This document shows positions 59,643 to 64,000 of a stretch of DNA of 64,000 bases, piece by piece. Both the position numbers and the translations under genes were made by a program. How positions within the stretch are numbered: the first letter of the stretch is position 1; each line of letters starts with the position of its first letter. The notes beneath the pieces were generated by a model. That model worked only from the letters and a program-made list of their open reading frames with translations, had not been told where the DNA came from and did not search any database. The DNA is from Patescibacteria group bacterium (GTDB taxonomy: Bacteria; Patescibacteriota; Microgenomatia; UBA1400; Chisholmbacteraceae), in the NCBI GenBank assembly GCA_022564195.1, contig JADFLW010000007.1, forward strand, positions 3,667 to 67,666. The letters are read 5' to 3'.

Positions 59643-60361
59643 GGTGTTTCTGTGGTCTTTATTATCGTCTGGTTGGCCATTCTTATCATCTTCAGCCATT
59701 CTGCGGCGTTGAGACTTGCGCTTCCCGGAAGAACGCCGTCAATGAGCGGTTCTTCTAAAAATATGGCAATGTTGTGGCTTTTCACACTGCCTCCGTAGAT
59801 CACGGTTGGGGCCTCCGTCTCTTTTTTTATTTTGACTATAGCTTCTTTCACTTCATCAATTGGCGCTGGCTCTCCTTTCCCGATGGGGCCGATTTGCTTG
59901 CTGATTGCCTCGGGGGGCTCGTACATGAGTATTGACTTATTGATCATCCCCTCATCCAGTGCATTCAGCTGTCGTCTCCAGTTGTCTGCGTCTACGGCAA
60001 TGATGGGGGTAATGCCGTTATCAAGTGCTTGAACGGCTTTCTGCGCTACTTTAATCTCGGTTTCTTGGAAATAGCGGCGGCGTTCCGAATGCCCCAAAAT
60101 TGTGTATTCTACCAAACTCCTCATCATGCGGGCGGTTACTTGGCCGGTGTAGGCTCCATCACCATAGGGTGAAAGATCCTGGCAGCCGAGAGTGAGTTCT
60201 GACATCTGGTCTCTGAAAAGCGTGAGGTGGATGAAGGATGGGCAGAGCACCACTTTCAATCGTTTATCAATTGTGGGTTTCTCCTTCTTCACCTCCTCAA
60301 TCCAGGAACGGGCCTCTTTTAGGGTTTTGTTTGCCTTCCAGTTGCCGATGAGGTATTTCAT
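59639..60361 (-). CDS. tpiA: triosephosphate isomerase
   Basis: GNWKAN, GHSERR and YEPPEAI motifs are present. The likely ATG is at 60361; the track begins at a TTG at 60370. Confidence 0.9.
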   Translation of the reverse strand: MKYLIGNWKANKTLKEARSWIEEVKKEKPTIDKRLKVVLCPSFIHLTLFRDQMSELTLGCQDLSPYGDGAYTGQVTARMMRSLVEYTILGHSERRRYFQETEIKVAQKAVQALDNGITPIIAVDADNWRRQLNALDEGMINKSILMYEPPEAISKQIGPIGKGEPAPIDEVKEAIVKIKKETEAPTVIYGGSVKSHNIAIFLEEPLIDGVLPGSASLNAAEWLKMIRMANQTIIKTTETP

Positions 60362-60368
60362 AAAAGAC

Positions 60369-60396
60369 AATGTTTAATGTTCAATGTTTAATGTTT
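60369..60396. repeat. four tandem heptamers (aatgttt aatgttc aatgttt aatgttt) directly upstream of the tpiA start codon
   Basis: Read from the sequence. The coding strand carries AAACATT repeats ending ~8 nt before the ATG. Confidence 0.65.
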
Positions 60397-60506
60397 GATG
60401 ACTAATAACTCATTCTGAATCTCTCCATCTTTATCTCTGTCTCTTTCTTAGCTTGCGTGATACGATTCTACCATGGCCTCTGGAGTCCTTAAAGATCTTG
60501 TAGAAT

Positions 60507-60785
60507 ATGGCCTCTAAGCGAAGGCAGATTATTCCATTCCCTATGAAGTGGTACCCATCATCTCTTGCAGAAATTGGCAATCAATTTAGAAGACTCTCTC
60601 GGATCATTGTTACGATCCAAAGCACTCTCATCCTCCTCTTGATTTATTATGTGCTACTTACTCCGTTTGGGCTCGTGCTCCAGATAATATACAGGCTGCG
60701 GAATAGAAAGCGGCATACACCTCCATCATATTGGAAGAAACGTGATTTCAAGCAAGACTCGATCAACATCTATCGGCAGTTTTAA
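60507..60785 (+). CDS. SxtJ-like small membrane protein (carbamoyltransferase-associated)
   Basis: 92 aa with one hydrophobic helix, lying immediately upstream of the carbamoyltransferase. The family assignment is from recalled synteny, not an alignment. Confidence 0.4.
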   Translation: MASKRRQIIPFPMKWYPSSLAEIGNQFRRLSRIIVTIQSTLILLLIYYVLLTPFGLVLQIIYRLRNRKRHTPPSYWKKRDFKQDSINIYRQF

Positions 60786-60792
60786 TCCTTGT

Positions 60793-62538
60793 ATGTATAT
60801 CCTCGGGCTTTCTTGCTTCTACCATGACTCGGCTGCTGTATTGGTCCAAGATGGCCGTTTAATCGCTGCGGCACAGGAAGAGCGGTTTACTCGCAGAAAA
60901 CATGATGAACGTTTCCCGCGGAATGCGATTGCTTACTGTCTTGCTGAGGCCGGGGTTGATTCTTCGCAGCTTGATCATGTCGGCTTCTATGAAAAACCTT
61001 TTGTCAAATTCGAAAGGATATTAACTACTTATCTTAACACTGCTCCCAAAGGGCTCCCCTCGTTCTTAACATCCATGCCGTTGTGGCTCAAAGAAAAATT
61101 ATGGATGAAATATCTTATTCAGAAAGAATTGCATTGGGATAACGATATTGTCTTTATTCCACACCACCTGGCTCACGCGGCTAGCGCTTTTTTGGTTTCT
61201 CCGTTCCCGTCAGCGGCAATTCTTACTATCGATGGCGTCGGAGAATGGTCTAGTGCAACGAAGGGTTTTGGCGATGGTCATCGCATTACCCTGACCCATG
61301 AGCTCCGATTCCCCCATTCCTTAGGACTCGTCTACAGCGCTTTCACATACTACTGCGGTTTTAAAGTCAACAGTGGCGAGTACAAATTGATGGGTTTAGC
61401 ACCATATGGCAAACCGAAGTACGTTGGGCTTATTAAGGATCATCTGATTGATATTAAGTCTGATGGGAGTTTTCAACTGAACTTACACTACTTCTCGTAC
61501 GAGTATGGCTTGCGTATGATCAACCGAAAATTTCTTCAGCTTTTCGGCAATCATCCTCCCAGGAAACCTCATGAACCTCTCACCCAGCACCATAAAGATG
61601 TGGCGATGAGTATTCAACAGGTGACAGAAGAGGTTGTTTTAAAAATGGCTACCAGCTTGTATCGAGAGACTGGTAACAGAAACTTGTGTATGGCCGGCGG
61701 TGTGGCGCTTAACTGCGTTGCTAATGGCCGTATCATTCGTGAAACTCACTTTAAAGATTTGTTTATCCAACCAGCAGCAGGTGATGCAGGCGGGGCTTTG
61801 GGAGTTGCTTATTACATCTACAATTGCGTTTTAGAAAACGAAAGAAGTGCTGTTATGGATCACGTTTATTTTGGTCCGGGTTTTAGCAGTCGAGACGTTG
61901 AGCTGTTTCTGAAAAGCAAAAAGGTGAAGTACCGAAAGTTTACTCGTGAAGCTGCGCTGATCAGAGAGGTGGCAAAAAAGATCGCAGCCCAGCGGGTGGT
62001 GGGCTGGTTTCAGGGTCGGATGGAATGGGGACCGCGGGCTTTGGGAAATCGTTCGATATTAGCCGATCCACGGAACCCGGATAACCAGGGTCGTGTCAAT
62101 CGTAAAATCAAATTCAGGGAAGACTTCCGGCCTTTTGCTCCATCTGTGCTTGAGCAGTACAGTGATGTGTATTTTGACCTCGATCGCCCGAGCCCGTTCA
62201 TGCTTTTGGTGGCTCAAGTTCATAAAAACCGCCGGACTATTCCTGCGGTGACGCATGTTGATGGTTCGGCTCGAATCCATACTGTGTCAAAAACACACAA
62301 TTATTTATATTGGCAATTGCTTGAGGAATTTCGTCGCCAAACAGGCTGCCCTGTGCTCATTAATACTTCATTTAATGTTCGCGGTGAACCCATTGTTTGT
62401 ACCCCCGAAGAGGCTTTCAACTGCTTTATGGGTACTGACATGGATGATTTGGCTCTAGGTAATTTTTTGATTCGTAAAGAAGACGTTACGGTAACTCATA
62501 AACACAAGCGCTTCAGGCAGCAATTTGCGCTTGACTGA
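60793..62538 (+). CDS. carbamoyltransferase (NodU/CmcH family)
   Basis: Begins MYILGLSCFYHDSAAVLV...AAQEERFTRRKHD, the N-terminal Kae1/YgjD-like domain of NodU/CmcH O-carbamoyltransferases, and has a C-terminal carbamoyltransferase domain; 581 aa from the ATG at 60793. Confidence 0.8.
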   Translation: MYILGLSCFYHDSAAVLVQDGRLIAAAQEERFTRRKHDERFPRNAIAYCLAEAGVDSSQLDHVGFYEKPFVKFERILTTYLNTAPKGLPSFLTSMPLWLKEKLWMKYLIQKELHWDNDIVFIPHHLAHAASAFLVSPFPSAAILTIDGVGEWSSATKGFGDGHRITLTHELRFPHSLGLVYSAFTYYCGFKVNSGEYKLMGLAPYGKPKYVGLIKDHLIDIKSDGSFQLNLHYFSYEYGLRMINRKFLQLFGNHPPRKPHEPLTQHHKDVAMSIQQVTEEVVLKMATSLYRETGNRNLCMAGGVALNCVANGRIIRETHFKDLFIQPAAGDAGGALGVAYYIYNCVLENERSAVMDHVYFGPGFSSRDVELFLKSKKVKYRKFTREAALIREVAKKIAAQRVVGWFQGRMEWGPRALGNRSILADPRNPDNQGRVNRKIKFREDFRPFAPSVLEQYSDVYFDLDRPSPFMLLVAQVHKNRRTIPAVTHVDGSARIHTVSKTHNYLYWQLLEEFRRQTGCPVLINTSFNVRGEPIVCTPEEAFNCFMGTDMDDLALGNFLIRKEDVTVTHKHKRFRQQFALD

Positions 62539-62565
62539 TGTGTTTTTTGTGACGACAATATTGTT

Positions 62566-62760
62566 GTGAAAGAGAGGATTGAAGAACATCTTACAGCTGC
62601 TCAACGACGTGGTTCCATTATTCAAGAATTGTTTCAGTTTTTATGGGAAGCTAAGCTGTGGTGGTTGATTCCAATGGTGGTGGTTTTATTGCTTTTCGGA
62701 TTGTTGCTTATTTTTGCAGAAAGCTCTGCGGTGGCTCCGTTTATCTATACTCTTTTTTGA
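62566..62760 (+). CDS. DUF5989-like small membrane protein (SxtK-like)
   Basis: 64 aa whose tail KLWWLIPMVVVLLLFGLLLIFAESSAVAPFIYTLF is, as recalled, the characteristic ending of this family. Confidence 0.5.
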   Translation: MKERIEEHLTAAQRRGSIIQELFQFLWEAKLWWLIPMVVVLLLFGLLLIFAESSAVAPFIYTLF

Positions 62761-62797
62761 GTTCTTGTTGACTTTTAGAATCTGTTAGTATGCAAGC

Positions 62798-64000
62798 ATG
62801 GTTGGTACTATGCTCTTGACTGATTTGAATGAGCAGCAAAGAACGGCCGTCACATTTGGTGAGGGGCCGCTTCTTATCTTAGCCGGTGCGGGGAGTGGGA
62901 AAACCCGGGCTATTGTTTATCGAGTGGCTTTCCTTATCAAAGATAAAGGCGTTGATCCTTCTCGGATTCTTTTGACAACATTTACCAACAAGGCCGCTTA
63001 TGAGATGAGAGAGCGTTTGCTGCGTTTGGTCGGAGAAGCTCCACCATTCACCGGTACCTTTCATTCGCTCTGTGCAAAGATCCTACGCAAACACGGTTCG
63101 GCAATAGGTATTTCTCCCTCCTATGCCATCTATGATGTACGGGATCAAGAGGATGTTGTGAAACAGGCGATTTTACATCTTGATCTTTCCCCTCGCGATT
63201 TTAAACCACGTTCGGTGCTGGGAACAATCAGCTCGGCAAAAAATGAGCTCATTGGACCGACTGAGTATCCCCAGTACGCTCGGGGACGCTGGCAGGAAAC
63301 CGTTTCGAGGATTTACCTTGAATATCAAAAGCTTCTTTCCAAATACGAAGCATTGGATTTTGACGACCTTTTAATGAGAGTGGTTCGGCTGTTTGAACGA
63401 GAGTCAAAAGTCCTCCATTCGTTCCAAGACCGTTTTCGCTATGTTTTGGTTGATGAGTATCAGGACACCAACCACGCCCAGTACGTGCTCACGAAGCTTT
63501 TGGCTGGAAGATGGAAGAATCTCACTTGCGTTGGGGATGCGAGTCAATCGATTTACGCATGGCGTGGTGCGGACTTTCGTAATCTCAATAAACTTCAGGC
63601 AGACTTCCCTGACCTCACCGTCGTGAATCTGGAGCGGAACTATCGCTCAACGCAAACCATTTTGGATGCTGCTCATGGCGTGATCTCGCATAACACCACA
63701 CATCCTGTGCTTTCTCTGTGGACAAAACGGGTAGGTGGAGAGAAAATTGGAGTTTATGAAGCAAGGGATGAAAAGGATGAAGCGCAATTCGTCCTTAATC
63801 AAATGGACACCCTCATCAATGCGAACGCTAAACTTTCACTCAAAGATTTTGCGGTGCTTTACCGGACCAATGCCCAGTCGCGGGTTGTGGAAGAGGCGTT
63901 TATCCGTGCCAGCGTTCCCTACATTTTAGTTGGCGGGATGCGATTCTATGAGCGCAAAGAGATCAAGGATTGTCTAGCCTACCTTCGATTACTGTCAAAT
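62798..64000 (+). CDS. uvrD: UvrD/PcrA/Rep-family ATP-dependent DNA helicase (5' partial; runs off the window end)
   Basis: LNEQQRTAV, Walker A (AGAGSGKTRAIVYRV), VDEYQDTN and GDASQSIY helicase motifs. There is no stop codon before base 64000. Confidence 0.85.
   Translation, partial: MVGTMLLTDLNEQQRTAVTFGEGPLLILAGAGSGKTRAIVYRVAFLIKDKGVDPSRILLTTFTNKAAYEMRERLLRLVGEAPPFTGTFHSLCAKILRKHGSAIGISPSYAIYDVRDQEDVVKQAILHLDLSPRDFKPRSVLGTISSAKNELIGPTEYPQYARGRWQETVSRIYLEYQKLLSKYEALDFDDLLMRVVRLFERESKVLHSFQDRFRYVLVDEYQDTNHAQYVLTKLLAGRWKNLTCVGDASQSIYAWRGADFRNLNKLQADFPDLTVVNLERNYRSTQTILDAAHGVISHNTTHPVLSLWTKRVGGEKIGVYEARDEKDEAQFVLNQMDTLINANAKLSLKDFAVLYRTNAQSRVVEEAFIRASVPYILVGGMRFYERKEIKDCLAYLRLLSN

Overview
The window reads as a dense, mostly minus-strand block of core information-processing genes, with composition and gene content that fit a Patescibacteria/CPR-like bacterium; that assignment is inference. 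The features supporting it are GC near 50%, Lys-rich C-terminal tails on L3, L4 and EF-G, AlaRS lacking the C-Ala domain, a 522-aa IF-2, a sortase and type IV pilus parts. From the high-coordinate end on the minus strand, gene order is rpoB-rpoC, then rpsL-rpsG-fusA-tuf, then the S10 cluster rpsJ-rplC-rplD-rplW-rplB-rpsS-rplV-rpsC-rplP-rpmC-rpsQ-rplN-rplX. Upstream of rpoB lies a three-gene cassette with lower GC: a GAPDH-like dehydrogenase, an RHH domain fused to a sugar nucleotidyltransferase, and a small acidic ORF. The next stretch carries envelope and division genes: mltG, ruvX/yqgF, a sortase, a PilM/FtsA-like actin ATPase fused to a transmembrane and extracytoplasmic domain, alaS, a yjjX-like ITPase, YtxH/DUF948, a RodZ-like protein, ftsK, rnj, a family-4 UDG, a Lon-derived standalone AAA+ module, pnp, rpsO, a DHH-like protein, infB, ylxR, nusA, dnaJ, an unknown gene, dnaK, grpE, hrcA (with a CIRCE-like operator), lepA and murJ. 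The plus-strand block after rpsT is the most accessory-like region. It holds pilN and pilO, two Pro/Thr-rich membrane or surface proteins (one with a sortase-type C-terminal sorting signal), a Glf-like FAD oxidoreductase, a PMT/ArnT-like GT-C glycosyltransferase and a DUF2298 (YYY) GT-C-like protein. An LCP ligase and tpiA follow on the minus strand. The window ends with a NodU/CmcH-type carbamoyltransferase flanked by SxtJ-like and DUF5989-like small membrane proteins, and a partial uvrD-like helicase. The most interesting system candidate is a surface-protein O-glycosylation and glycan-decoration locus coupled to pilus components. Two families of 7-bp tandem repeats sit immediately upstream of several start codons, and a third heptamer repeat lies inside lepA. 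No CRISPR array, tRNA, rRNA or transposase was recognised.
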